DNA of 64,000 nt from positions 1 to 64,000 of the IMG/VR virus record IMGVR_UViG_3300034198_004780; one strand, 5' to 3'. Positions 50,154-59,095 of this stretch are shown in pieces (position 1 is the first letter of the stretch; each line of letters starts with the position of its first letter). The position numbers and the translations under genes are program-made. The notes under the pieces were generated by a model that saw nothing but the letters and a program-made list of their open reading frames with translations, ran no database searches and was not told where the DNA came from. Source of the stretch: a virus.

Positions 50154-50417
50154 TTATATCCAACTAGCCGCTCTAGCAATTCCAACTAATCCAACTAAAA
50201 TCCAAAATGCGTTTAATAATGTATAAGCCGCATCTTTTTTCAAGGTAGCACAATATGTTAATAATATTGCATCTATGGTATTAAACACCCACACAAACAT
50301 AAATGGACTATCTGGTCCTAACCAAGATACTAAGCTAAAACTAATGATACGCATAACAACCCCAATCATTTCAAATTGAGGGATATGCGTATTAATATAA
50401 TTTAAAACAAATTTCAT
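50154..50417 (-). CDS. Small integral membrane protein
   Basis: About three hydrophobic segments in 87 aa. Confidence 0.65.
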   Translation of the reverse strand: MKFVLNYINTHIPQFEMIGVVMRIISFSLVSWLGPDSPFMFVWVFNTIDAILLTYCATLKKDAAYTLLNAFWILVGLVGIARAASWI

Positions 50418-51290
50418 TTAAGTTCCCCACTCATTCTTGAAAAGCGGCACCTGAAGCCTATCACTATATCTTAGGCCATTTTTCATAGCTATCAACGCCA
50501 CTGCCTTATTATTCAGAGCGTATACACTTTCAACGCCTCCGACCGGCATTAAGTAGACATGACCTGTAAATCCAGCGGCACGATATTCACTTGCGGCTTT
50601 AAGAGCATAATCACAATCTTCTTCAGTAGCAATAACAAATTTAAGATAGGTAGTACCTACTTGTTCATACTCACATACAACTTCTGGGCGAATAGCTTCT
50701 TCCCACTTTTCACCACTGCAAGGAAGTTTAGCACTGACACTAAATGTAATCTCACGATCAATGCCATAAGCGTTGCGCCATTTAGTTAGATAGTCTTTAA
50801 ATTCTGGAGTTAGCTTTTGAGTACCATTTGTTTCAAAAGTAATCTCTTTTAATCCCTTCATTTTAAGATTGTCAAGCAGGTCTGGATAAGCACGTTGCCA
50901 GCCTAGCAAAGGTTCACCGCCTGTAATAACCAAATGTTCATCTAACCATTCATTGTGCGGTAGAATTTCCATAATGCGATCTGCAAGTTCATTTGAACTT
51001 TCTTTAATAACAAATTTTTTAAATTCGGGATATATAGAACTATAACTATCGCATCCAGTTTTTGCCAACGGTAAATCTTTAAATGTTTTATATTGATCAA
51101 TATTTTTAATAAACTCAACAACTTCTGGATTATGCGTTTCGTCAACACCGAGAATGTCTTTTTCGTATCTTCCAAAATTTTTACAACGGAAGTTGCAACC
51201 AAACATACGAAGGAACACACTCGGGACACCCATATATCGACCTTCTCCTTGTATGCTGTAAAATAGCTCTGTATAATGTAATTTTGACAT
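50418..51290 (-). CDS. queE: 7-carboxy-7-deazaguanine synthase (radical SAM)
   Basis: ELFYSIQGEG...G.PSVFLR.FGCNF.C...CDS, ITGGEPLL, ETNGT, VS.K. Clusters with folE. Confidence 0.88.
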   Translation of the reverse strand: MSKLHYTELFYSIQGEGRYMGVPSVFLRMFGCNFRCKNFGRYEKDILGVDETHNPEVVEFIKNIDQYKTFKDLPLAKTGCDSYSSIYPEFKKFVIKESSNELADRIMEILPHNEWLDEHLVITGGEPLLGWQRAYPDLLDNLKMKGLKEITFETNGTQKLTPEFKDYLTKWRNAYGIDREITFSVSAKLPCSGEKWEEAIRPEVVCEYEQVGTTYLKFVIATEEDCDYALKAASEYRAAGFTGHVYLMPVGGVESVYALNNKAVALIAMKNGLRYSDRLQVPLFKNEWGT

Positions 51291-52076
51291 TCAAATCCTT
51301 TTTTGTTTAATGATACCATAATCTTCAAACGTCTTTCCAATATACGGAAAAAAATCTTTATGAAAATAGCAAAATCGTTTAGTTATTATAGCATTATTAT
51401 CTAACACAGTCAATGTATTTTTAGTAAATGTTGGATACAATTTTAACAAATCATCGCTGTTTTCACAAAACCCTAACGGTGTTTTATATGAATACTTCGA
51501 TGCGGCTAAACTCCTACTTCGTAATCCCTGTTTTACTTTTCTTGGCCGTTTGCTTGCGGCCTGTTTTTTAAGTTTGGTTTCTTTTGAGTCTTTTCTATTT
51601 TTGGCCAACGCTTCATATAAAATTCCATTATACATGTCAAATAATTTTTTAGGAATTCTTTTAACTTCGTTCGTATATAGGTGTTTTGCTACTACTGTAT
51701 TTTTGCTATAATTACTAACAACCTTTGCGTGTTCCTCTCTAATATAAGCATAAACCCTGCTGGTAATTTTATAATCACGTTGAACATCACCGGTTGTTGA
51801 ATACACCATTTTGTGTAACGCTTTAATCATTTTAGGACTGTTAGTTGCCCTTGCCAATAACAGATGAGCAATATAGTGTTGTCTAGCACCTAATTTAATA
51901 AGATTGTTTTTATTGTTGGTACCATTAAAAGAACGAGGAATGATATGATGATTTTCAATGTAACCATCAAATTTAATATTTTTATAATAGTTGATAAATT
52001 TTAGATAGCGTTCTATGATGTATTCTTTGGGAAGAATAGAATTTTTGAGAAGGTATTGTTTAATGTCATCAGACAT
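51291..52076 (-). CDS. Free-standing HNH homing endonuclease
   Basis: ENHHIIPRSFNGTNNKNNLIKL..RQHYIAHLLL. AT-rich. Real start is the ATG at 52076 after GGAG. Confidence 0.85.
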   Translation of the reverse strand: MSDDIKQYLLKNSILPKEYIIERYLKFINYYKNIKFDGYIENHHIIPRSFNGTNNKNNLIKLGARQHYIAHLLLARATNSPKMIKALHKMVYSTTGDVQRDYKITSRVYAYIREEHAKVVSNYSKNTVVAKHLYTNEVKRIPKKLFDMYNGILYEALAKNRKDSKETKLKKQAASKRPRKVKQGLRSRSLAASKYSYKTPLGFCENSDDLLKLYPTFTKNTLTVLDNNAIITKRFCYFHKDFFPYIGKTFEDYGIIKQKRI

Positions 52077-52080
52077 ATAA

Positions 52081-52161
52081 GATACTCCAGTAAAGTAATA
52101 AGGGGCTATCTGCGTTACTGGCACAGAAGGAGGATCAGTCCGTTCACCCAATATTATTTAT
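52081..52161 (-). promoter_or_regulatory. Late promoter plus pseudoknotted 5' UTR of the HNH gene
   Basis: TAAATA, then a multi-stem RNA whose loop CCAGUAA is complementary to UUACUGG overlapping the SD. Confidence 0.65.
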
Positions 52162-52358
52162 TATTCTGCCCTTCCGCTAGTGCATGAATCACTCCACGTA
52201 TCTGCCGCTTGTTTTTGATACTGCGCCAAATCCCATTTATCCTTAGCCGCTTTGTAGGCATCTTCAGTTAATCCATGCCAACCGCAACAATCACCTGTGG
52301 GGCTACGGCCACAACCACAAGATCCAATCTTACCATTTTCATTTGCTCTAACCTGCAT
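52161..52358 (-). CDS. CDGSH-type iron-sulfur/zinc-finger protein
   Basis: CGCGRSPTGDCCGWH matches the C.C..S...P.CDG.H pattern. Confidence 0.7.
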   Translation of the reverse strand: MQVRANENGKIGSCGCGRSPTGDCCGWHGLTEDAYKAAKDKWDLAQYQKQAADTWSDSCTSGRAE

Positions 52359-52750
52359 TATTTTTCACCTTTTAAGCTGTCCATAATTACTCTGCGTTCT
52401 TTATTATACACTTGTTTTTGAAGAAAAGCAACAAACTCGTCGTGTTCCATTTTCTCTGCTTTATTTAGAATATTTTGGCAAGCCCGCAAATAATACCTAC
52501 GACGAGCGGCTTTGGTAACACCTTTTTCATTTTCTACCGTAAATTGAAAAGTTCGAACCAACGCCTCTGCTGCCTCACTGGGTTTACCGTGCCATTCCAC
52601 GTCACCGTCATTGGTAATAATTAGTACTTCTTTATTTCCAGATGTAGTAAATGTAATTGCATTTTTAGCAGGAGCAAGATTACCAATAGTTATTCCAGAA
52701 TTGGCCCAGTTATATCCAGATCCTGCTCCGCTTAATGTATATGCCGGCAA
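52358..52750 (-). CDS. Hypothetical protein (start uncertain)
   Basis: The track's ORF (to 53038) overlaps the HIT gene by 233 nt. An in-frame TTG at 52750 is a more plausible start. Confidence 0.5.
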   Translation of the reverse strand: MPAYTLSGAGSGYNWANSGITIGNLAPAKNAITFTTSGNKEVLIITNDGDVEWHGKPSEAAEALVRTFQFTVENEKGVTKAARRRYYLRACQNILNKAEKMEHDEFVAFLQKQVYNKERRVIMDSLKGEK

Positions 52751-52805
52751 CGATGATATAGTTGTTCCTACTGCTCCAGTGCTGCACCAAGTAAACTCTA
52801 TAGGT

Positions 52806-53213
52806 TTAATCTGCTCGATAGTTCGGCGATTTATAGTTTCCCTTCCCCGGGATCGTATTGCGGACACCACCAATCGGATCTTCAACATCACCCTTTCTGC
52901 GAGGGATAAGATGGATATGGGGCCATCCAACAGTTTGACCAGCAGTTTCGCCTTGATTAAGTCCAACATTGAAACCGTCCCATTCTCCGGCCGCCACCAT
53001 TCTTTTACCTTCTCTAACAGCATCTTCAAATGCATCATTTAACAACTCCATTGAATTATATTTAGGTACGAATAATAAATGTCCAGGGGTACAGGGATAT
53101 TTGTCATAATACACTACAACATGAAAATCTTCACGAAACACATTATCCCACGGTGCGCTACTTTCCTCTAGCGTATCTGGACCGTCAAATATCTTATTGT
53201 TCATTTTGTCCAC
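52806..53213 (-). CDS. HIT-family nucleotide hydrolase
   Basis: D.YP.TPGHLL.VPK, GFNVG.N.G..AGQTV..PHIHLIPR. Confidence 0.92.
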   Translation of the reverse strand: MDKMNNKIFDGPDTLEESSAPWDNVFREDFHVVVYYDKYPCTPGHLLFVPKYNSMELLNDAFEDAVREGKRMVAAGEWDGFNVGLNQGETAGQTVGWPHIHLIPRRKGDVEDPIGGVRNTIPGKGNYKSPNYRAD

Positions 53214-53250
53214 CTTAATTTACTTTATTATTACATAGAACTAAAAACAA

Positions 53251-53336
53251 GTCAAATATATTGATAAATAAAAGTGCCCCTCGCGATGCGCCAACATCCA
53301 GGAGCTCTAACAGTTTATAAGGAACTATCAGCAATG
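53251..53336 (+). repeat. Conserved endonuclease leader, copy 2
   Basis: Near-identical to 48867-48952, with a compensatory change in one hairpin. Confidence 0.9.
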
Positions 53337-54065
53337 ACTATTTACAACCTCTATGTAAAGACCCATAATAAAACCGGTCTTAAATATCTCGGACAAACTA
53401 CCAAAAAAGATCCCCATAAGTATCCCGGTTCGGGAAAGTATTGGACAGCTCATTTAAACAAGCATGGTTATGATTATACTACAGAAGTTCTTCACGAGTG
53501 TCAATCTAAAGAGGAATTAAAAGAACAAGGATTGCATTACAGCAATATTTGGAATGTTGTAGAAAGTGCCGAATGGGCCAACCTAAAACCTGAAAGCGGC
53601 GACGGTGGTGACATGTCTATGTGTAAATCTTTTATTGAGGGAATTAAAAATAGAAAGATGCCATCGAGAAAAGGTATACCAAGGACTAAAGAGACTTGTG
53701 CTAATATAAGCAAGGCAAAAAAAGGTAAAATGCCAAAAAATCTAGATTTATTTACCCAATCATCAACAGATACCATATGGTATCATAATCCAATTACTGG
53801 AGAACACAGTAGGATTAAACAAGGTAATATTGCTCCTCGAGGATTTATAAAAGGAAACATTCGAGGTTCAAAAAGTAATACCGATAATCCACGCAACCCT
53901 ACTCCGGTACGTTGTGTTGAACTTTCTATGGATTTTCCTACCCTTAAATCAGCCGCTCAGTTTGCTAATCTAAAATGTCCGAGAGATATTGTTGATTCTA
54001 TAATAGGTCGAAATCAAAGAAAAACCGCCGGAGGATACCATTGGCAGTTTTTATCTAAAGATTAA
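53334..54065 (+). CDS. Free-standing GIY-YIG homing endonuclease (NUMOD3 plus NUMOD1-like HTH)
   Basis: Start ATG at 53334. N-terminal ~88 aa nearly identical to the 48950 gene; C-terminus F..LK.AA...KTAGGY.W. Confidence 0.88.
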   Translation: MTIYNLYVKTHNKTGLKYLGQTTKKDPHKYPGSGKYWTAHLNKHGYDYTTEVLHECQSKEELKEQGLHYSNIWNVVESAEWANLKPESGDGGDMSMCKSFIEGIKNRKMPSRKGIPRTKETCANISKAKKGKMPKNLDLFTQSSTDTIWYHNPITGEHSRIKQGNIAPRGFIKGNIRGSKSNTDNPRNPTPVRCVELSMDFPTLKSAAQFANLKCPRDIVDSIIGRNQRKTAGGYHWQFLSKD

Positions 54066-54617
54066 TTATTTCATCCAGAAGTTTTCATAAGGGAAGTCGA
54101 CCCAGACATCATCCTCAGCTTTATTAACTTCAATGCCCCAGTAGTCCATTTTAACATCGCACTTGCTGGCAAGATTATCTACAACTACTGCAAAACGTAC
54201 ATTGTTATTCCAAATGTTATTCCAACGCGGATCTGACGGTAAACAACCACTGCGCCAATCTTCCATAATCCAATTAAGTGTGGCGCCACTGTCGTTGATG
54301 TCATCTACTATGAGAATATTTTTGCCTCTCGTGCTACGTGGAGTATCACCGTCGTAGGTGTCACCGGTATATCCAAACGCATCTTCCGCCATCCAAAGAT
54401 TGCTTTCTGGCCCAAGTTCAGAGGCATTATCTCGTAGACTAACACCCAAAGCAAACATAGGTACATTGAAATAATGACTGATCATAACAGCAGGCAATAA
54501 CCCACCACGGGTAAGACCTACTACATAGTCGGGACGCCATTCGCTGACGGCAATATCTCTACAGATTTTACCCATTTGAAATTGAAACTCTTGCCAACTG
54601 ATTTTATTTTTGTTCAT
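54066..54617 (-). CDS. Type I purine phosphoribosyltransferase (Gpt/Hpt-like)
   Basis: VVGLTRGGLLPA, PRPP loop ILIVDDINDSGATL, WV.FP.E. Confidence 0.9.
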   Translation of the reverse strand: MNKNKISWQEFQFQMGKICRDIAVSEWRPDYVVGLTRGGLLPAVMISHYFNVPMFALGVSLRDNASELGPESNLWMAEDAFGYTGDTYDGDTPRSTRGKNILIVDDINDSGATLNWIMEDWRSGCLPSDPRWNNIWNNNVRFAVVVDNLASKCDVKMDYWGIEVNKAEDDVWVDFPYENFWMK

Positions 54618-55089
54618 TTTTGCTCTTTCGCATTTTCATATAATATTCGTTTTGAATCCATATGTTGTTTACTAGAAAGCCCCAATCACGCACTTTCTTA
54701 AATGGCATAAACAAGGTCCAGGCCGTAACACCTGGTTTTAATTCAATACGATGATAGCTGTTGGGACTGCATATACGGAAGTGTCCAGGGCCTCTCCATT
54801 TTTGTACTTCGCAGGTCATTTCGCCCATTTCATTAAAGAACGGAATCCACTCCCAATATCCGCCACGCAAAATTAGTGTACAGTATCCCCATGGATGATC
54901 ATGAGGGGTTTCCTCGTCGCTTTTATGAAATCGATGAAGGAAAATATTAAACAAAAATTTATTCCTATTTTTAAGAAATAAGTAATATCTAGTCAAGTAT
55001 AGCTCGTTATCTACTCTATCATATATTAAATTCTTACGACCCAATATTATCATAAATTTATCAAATAGCTTAAATAATTTTTTTATCAT
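54604..55089 (-). CDS. Cupin-fold protein
   Basis: LH.F..SD...PHDHPW.....L.GGY.E...HRIEL. Start uncertain. Confidence 0.7.
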   Translation of the reverse strand: MIKKLFKLFDKFMIILGRKNLIYDRVDNELYLTRYYLFLKNRNKFLFNIFLHRFHKSDEETPHDHPWGYCTLILRGGYWEWIPFFNEMGEMTCEVQKWRGPGHFRICSPNSYHRIELKPGVTAWTLFMPFKKVRDWGFLVNNIWIQNEYYMKMRKSKNEQK

Positions 55090-56017
55090 TAAATTCATTT
55101 TCCCAAATGGTTACCAATTTAAACCCTAAATTTTTTAATATCTCTTCTCGTTTTATAGTGTTATTATACAACGTTCCAAACGATAAATCAACTGATGAAT
55201 TAATCATTTTAGAATCAAATATATTTGGATTTCCGTGCCAGTAATCTCCATAAAATTCATATATAGTATTTGTTTTAGGATCATACCCATCTACAACAAA
55301 GTATCCTACATCATATCGAATTTCGTGTTCTCTCATAAATTCTATATCAAATGAATCTAACCACTGTTGAGATATAGGACTTACTGACGTGCCGGCACAT
55401 AGTTTACACCCAGACCCCTGAATATGGTCTCTTGGCGCCTGTTTAAATACTCCGTGCTCTTTACAAATAATTTCTACTTGGTTAATAAGTGTTTTGTAAT
55501 CCACTAAAGAATAATCGTATCTATCATTATGGATGATCTTAGATCTTTTTACAAACTCATCAGTACCTAATCTTTTCTTGTTTGAAATTTTATCTTTTTT
55601 ACATAAAGGACATCCTTGCCCTCTTATAATATGGTATGCTGTATTGTTAAACACAGTATTGTGTACTTTACATAAAACGGTTAATCTACTACCGGTATTA
55701 TAAAATACTGATGATAAAAAATCAAATTTATCACCAAATTTTTTAAAACATTTAAGTTTTAAATCTTCAATATCTTGAATTAAAATTTTTGAAGATTTTT
55801 CTTTTTTTCTTTGTAACCCACATTTAGGACAACCTGCAGATAAGTGATCGTAATGATGTTGTAAAAATTTTCCATGTATCGGACAAATTATAGTAACCTT
55901 ACCATTAATTTTATTACAAATATCAAGTGTTGCATAATCATACTTGTTTCCGTGTTTTAGTTTATATTTTTCTAACAACTCTTCTTTGCTATATGCTTTC
56001 ATACTGATGATCTCCAC
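55070..56017 (-). CDS. Putative homing endonuclease: DUF723-like Zn-finger repeats plus C-terminal Vsr/PD-(D/E)XK nuclease
   Basis: Three C..HG.F.....H..G.GC..C repeats; VDGYD...IYEFYGDYWHG...IWE. Very AT-rich. TAAATA upstream. Confidence 0.8.
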   Translation of the reverse strand: MEIISMKAYSKEELLEKYKLKHGNKYDYATLDICNKINGKVTIICPIHGKFLQHHYDHLSAGCPKCGLQRKKEKSSKILIQDIEDLKLKCFKKFGDKFDFLSSVFYNTGSRLTVLCKVHNTVFNNTAYHIIRGQGCPLCKKDKISNKKRLGTDEFVKRSKIIHNDRYDYSLVDYKTLINQVEIICKEHGVFKQAPRDHIQGSGCKLCAGTSVSPISQQWLDSFDIEFMREHEIRYDVGYFVVDGYDPKTNTIYEFYGDYWHGNPNIFDSKMINSSVDLSFGTLYNNTIKREEILKNLGFKLVTIWENEFNDKKII

Positions 56018-56030
56018 ATCTATCGTTTAT

Positions 56031-56240
56031 TTATGTAGATTGTCTATCAATATCATCTTGACTCCTTGCTATATCATACATTAGTTTAAATTGTTCCCAG
56101 CTATGATGTAATGCTGGGTATTTTTCACACATACGACCTAGACGGATTGAATCAATTTTATAAGTAGTCATCCAACTGTGTTGTCTGTCTAATTTTAAAT
56201 CTGAGGCAATTTTTGCCAATTCATCTACAACGCTTTTCAT
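56031..56240 (-). CDS. Hypothetical protein
   Basis: MCEKYPAL...WEQFK..Y; ATGA coupling. Confidence 0.6.
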   Translation of the reverse strand: MKSVVDELAKIASDLKLDRQHSWMTTYKIDSIRLGRMCEKYPALHHSWEQFKLMYDIARSQDDIDRQST

Positions 56241-56569
56241 AACTTTAGTGTTTCTATTGTGATGATCTTGCCTAGCTCCTTGCCGATATCCTTGTCATCC
56301 GTGATAACATGTAGACTATTATGGTGACGATCCTTCTGCCGGTCATAAAAACTAGTTTCAATAACAGTTCCACCCGATGCTTTAAAGACTTTAAAATTAA
56401 TACCGCGATCGTTGTCTATTGATAGGCTAGGCATTACAGCAACAGCATAACTGTCTTGTTCTACTATATCTTCGCCACTATCATTAAGCCAATCGCGAAA
56501 CCTTTGTTTCCACGTTTTTTTATAATTAAAGTTGCCTGGGTTAATGCTTACATTATATGGTGATCTCAT
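56237..56569 (-). CDS. Hypothetical protein
   Basis: 110 aa, coupled to folE. Confidence 0.65.
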   Translation of the reverse strand: MRSPYNVSINPGNFNYKKTWKQRFRDWLNDSGEDIVEQDSYAVAVMPSLSIDNDRGINFKVFKASGGTVIETSFYDRQKDRHHNSLHVITDDKDIGKELGKIITIETLKL

Positions 56570-57333
56570 TTACCTGCGTGTCCTTGCTGTAGTTTAATGT
56601 TATCAAAAAACTCTTTTTTAGTATCCATGTCGCTTTGAAATGCTCCAGTTAATACTGTAGTTTGAGTCATGGAACTACCTGCCATAATTCCCCTATTGGT
56701 ACAGCAACCGTGTTCGGCCTGTATATAAACTGCAATATTCTTGCTTCCTGTAGCGTTGCTTATTTCTCTTGCGATGTCGTTACACAGTTCTTCCTGTAAA
56801 GTGCCACGGCGAGCACACCACTGAGCAATACGAGTGTACTTGCTGAGACCAATAAGCCTGTCGGCAGCAATAATACCAATATAAGCAACACCCACCACAG
56901 GCTGGTGATGATGACTACACATGCTACGAAGCTCACTACGCACAACCAACATACCTTTGTATCCATCATCTACCTCATTAGGAAAACTTGTTGCATCGGG
57001 CGCTTCATCATACCGCCCTGCCATAATTTCGTTAAAATACATCTTAGCTAGTCGTTTAGCAGTACCTTGACTATTAGGATCATTTTCACGGTCAATAAGT
57101 AATGCATCAAGAACGCCTTCAAATGCTATAGTTGCGTTTGCAATTAGTTCATCTCTATGTCCAACTACATATTCGCTAATATTATCTCCGGCCCAAAAGC
57201 GTTTCTTATTGCGTCGCATATTGAAGCGAATAGCATCTGCTAGGTTACCTTCTTTATAATCTTTGTTGTCATCGCCTTGCATGTCTGCACCAGCAAGGAC
57301 GTTTTTTAAATCTTCTGTTGTAAATGTTGTCAA
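56566..57333 (-). CDS. folE: GTP cyclohydrolase I
   Basis: T..RLAKMY, SMCSHHHQP, GLSK..RI, R..LQE.L, AEHGC...RG. Confidence 0.95.
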   Translation of the reverse strand: MTTFTTEDLKNVLAGADMQGDDNKDYKEGNLADAIRFNMRRNKKRFWAGDNISEYVVGHRDELIANATIAFEGVLDALLIDRENDPNSQGTAKRLAKMYFNEIMAGRYDEAPDATSFPNEVDDGYKGMLVVRSELRSMCSHHHQPVVGVAYIGIIAADRLIGLSKYTRIAQWCARRGTLQEELCNDIAREISNATGSKNIAVYIQAEHGCCTNRGIMAGSSMTQTTVLTGAFQSDMDTKKEFFDNIKLQQGHAGK

Positions 57334-57374
57334 TTCTATTCTCCGAGTTTATGCCGTGGATGGCTTGTATAGTA

Positions 57375-58478
57375 CTATTTTATATTCTTTAGCAGATTAT
57401 TACAATTAAAAAATTGCTCAGTTAAATCTTGTGCTTGTTTATTTAGGCTAGGTAATAACTTACTATAATTCTCCATGTGCTGGATAATTTTATTACATAG
57501 TTCTGGGCGATGTGCGGTATATGACTCAAATGATTCTGTCCATTCACTTGGATATTTAAAAGCGTCATAATACATTTCAGTATATGATAAACGATCCGGA
57601 ACCATTGGAATAGCATCTACAATAGCACCCTCATAACAACTAATGCCCAGTGTTTCCTGTAGGTTAGCTGAAAACACCAACTTGGCCTCACCTAGTAAAT
57701 TATGGTATTCATTCTTTGACAATTGTTGATCCTGACAAACAACGAACTCATATTGTGGTAAATGTTCTTTTAGATCACGGAATATTTCAACTTGTTTCTC
57801 TGGAGCAATACGATGTGGAAATAATATTAGATCACGCTTGGGCATATTTTTATATGCGGCAAGGGTACCATCCATATATTCCATAGGCCACCCTGTGCGT
57901 ACAATCTTGTCTGTAAGCGTACCTGCACGTAACTCTGCTAGCTCGTCATCAAACCAAGGATTCTCACTAATGGGTCCATTTTGTAATAGATTGGTAAAAA
58001 ACATTTCAATATGAAACTCAGTAGCAAAGTAGTTGTAGTCAAATGCGTGATAAAAACTCTTCTCAGCGTATCTAACCCAAGGCTTATCACCTACAAGACG
58101 TCCTAAAAAATCTTGAGGATCATAACTACCAGCATGCCACAGACCGTGAGTCGTTACAGGAATCTGTAACAGTTCACTCATATATTTTAGGTTGATGATG
58201 CCAGGGTGCCAAGCATCAGTAAAAATAAAGTGATCGCCAGGGCTAATTGCTCCGGAGCAAAATAGCCTGCCCATTTTTTCAACTTGACTAGACTTATATA
58301 TATTGGTGCCACCAAAATTAAGGAAAGCGCCAGGAGTAGTGGCTGTAGGGATGTCCGTAGGGCCAGAGATAATTTCGACATGATGTCCTTTTTTTCGTAA
58401 GAGACTAGGTACATGAGTTTTCCATTCACCTGTGTACCTTGTTTCAACACTTTCTAAGTCGACTAAAAATATAGTCAT
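57375..58478 (-). CDS. GT-B glycosyltransferase
   Basis: FPHR.APEK, QETLGIS.YEG...A.PMVPDRLSY.E (GT1/GT4-type C-terminal motif). Confidence 0.8.
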   Translation of the reverse strand: MTIFLVDLESVETRYTGEWKTHVPSLLRKKGHHVEIISGPTDIPTATTPGAFLNFGGTNIYKSSQVEKMGRLFCSGAISPGDHFIFTDAWHPGIINLKYMSELLQIPVTTHGLWHAGSYDPQDFLGRLVGDKPWVRYAEKSFYHAFDYNYFATEFHIEMFFTNLLQNGPISENPWFDDELAELRAGTLTDKIVRTGWPMEYMDGTLAAYKNMPKRDLILFPHRIAPEKQVEIFRDLKEHLPQYEFVVCQDQQLSKNEYHNLLGEAKLVFSANLQETLGISCYEGAIVDAIPMVPDRLSYTEMYYDAFKYPSEWTESFESYTAHRPELCNKIIQHMENYSKLLPSLNKQAQDLTEQFFNCNNLLKNIK

Positions 58479-58699
58479 TAGGCTTCTCTACGTTCCTTAG
58501 CTTCACGACGGGCTTTGCGCTGTAGATACTCTTGAGTACGCTGCCAATCCTTGTAAGCCTTAGACCTGTAAAGATCTGCAGGGTTAAAATCGATCAATTC
58601 CAAACGGCAATGATCGTGCCATGTTTCTAGGTCACTAAAGATCTTCGATACTTCAGGTTTCATAGTTAGATACTTCGCTAACCACTTTGGCTGTGCCAT
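58478..58699 (-). CDS. Hypothetical protein
   Basis: 73 aa, AAGGA RBS. Confidence 0.65.
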   Translation of the reverse strand: MAQPKWLAKYLTMKPEVSKIFSDLETWHDHCRLELIDFNPADLYRSKAYKDWQRTQEYLQRKARREAKERREA

Positions 58700-58717
58700 T
58701 TTATTTCCTTTTAATAC

Positions 58718-59095
58718 TTAAGGTTTATATTCAACGATTCCATCGGATTCGCCGTCTTCGGATACAACTACTTCATAATATCTCTCGCCGTACTTTGGCA
58801 GGAGATGATTATTTAGGATATCTGTAGCAATCATTTCACATGACTTGTGATTTTGATTCCCAGATTGAATAAATTCTTGTAATGCCCACTTGACCAAGAA
58901 AAACTCTAGTTCACGATCTAAGTGTGTAACACCAATCTTTACATCAACTTTGAACATATGACGATGTTCATTTTCTAAGAATTTAATACGAGGATCAATA
59001 GTTCCAGCATGTGGATAGTAGTGAAATCCTTCAAACTCTGTACGTACTTTAATAAAAGTACTTGTGCAAGGTCTTATGTCTTGTTTAATATTCAT
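58718..59095 (-). CDS. QueD-like T-fold protein of the DpdL (CDG decarboxylase) type
   Basis: LENEHRHMF matches LxxxHRHxF rather than the QueD CxxxHGH motif; SCEMIA and VSEDGE. Confidence 0.7.
   Translation of the reverse strand: MNIKQDIRPCTSTFIKVRTEFEGFHYYPHAGTIDPRIKFLENEHRHMFKVDVKIGVTHLDRELEFFLVKWALQEFIQSGNQNHKSCEMIATDILNNHLLPKYGERYYEVVVSEDGESDGIVEYKP

Noticed and set aside
52806-53038. G GGA AAC slippery site fusing HIT to the downstream ORF
   Set aside because: The -1 frame hits TAA within two codons, and the downstream ORF is in the +1 frame.
53274-53333. 20-aa N-terminal extension of the GIY-YIG gene; likewise 52077-52151 for the HNH gene
   Set aside because: These are structured leaders. 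The true starts follow SD sequences at 53334 and 52076.
58718-59095. Canonical QueD
   Set aside because: It lacks CxxxHGH and has LxxxHRHxF instead, so it was called DpdL-type.
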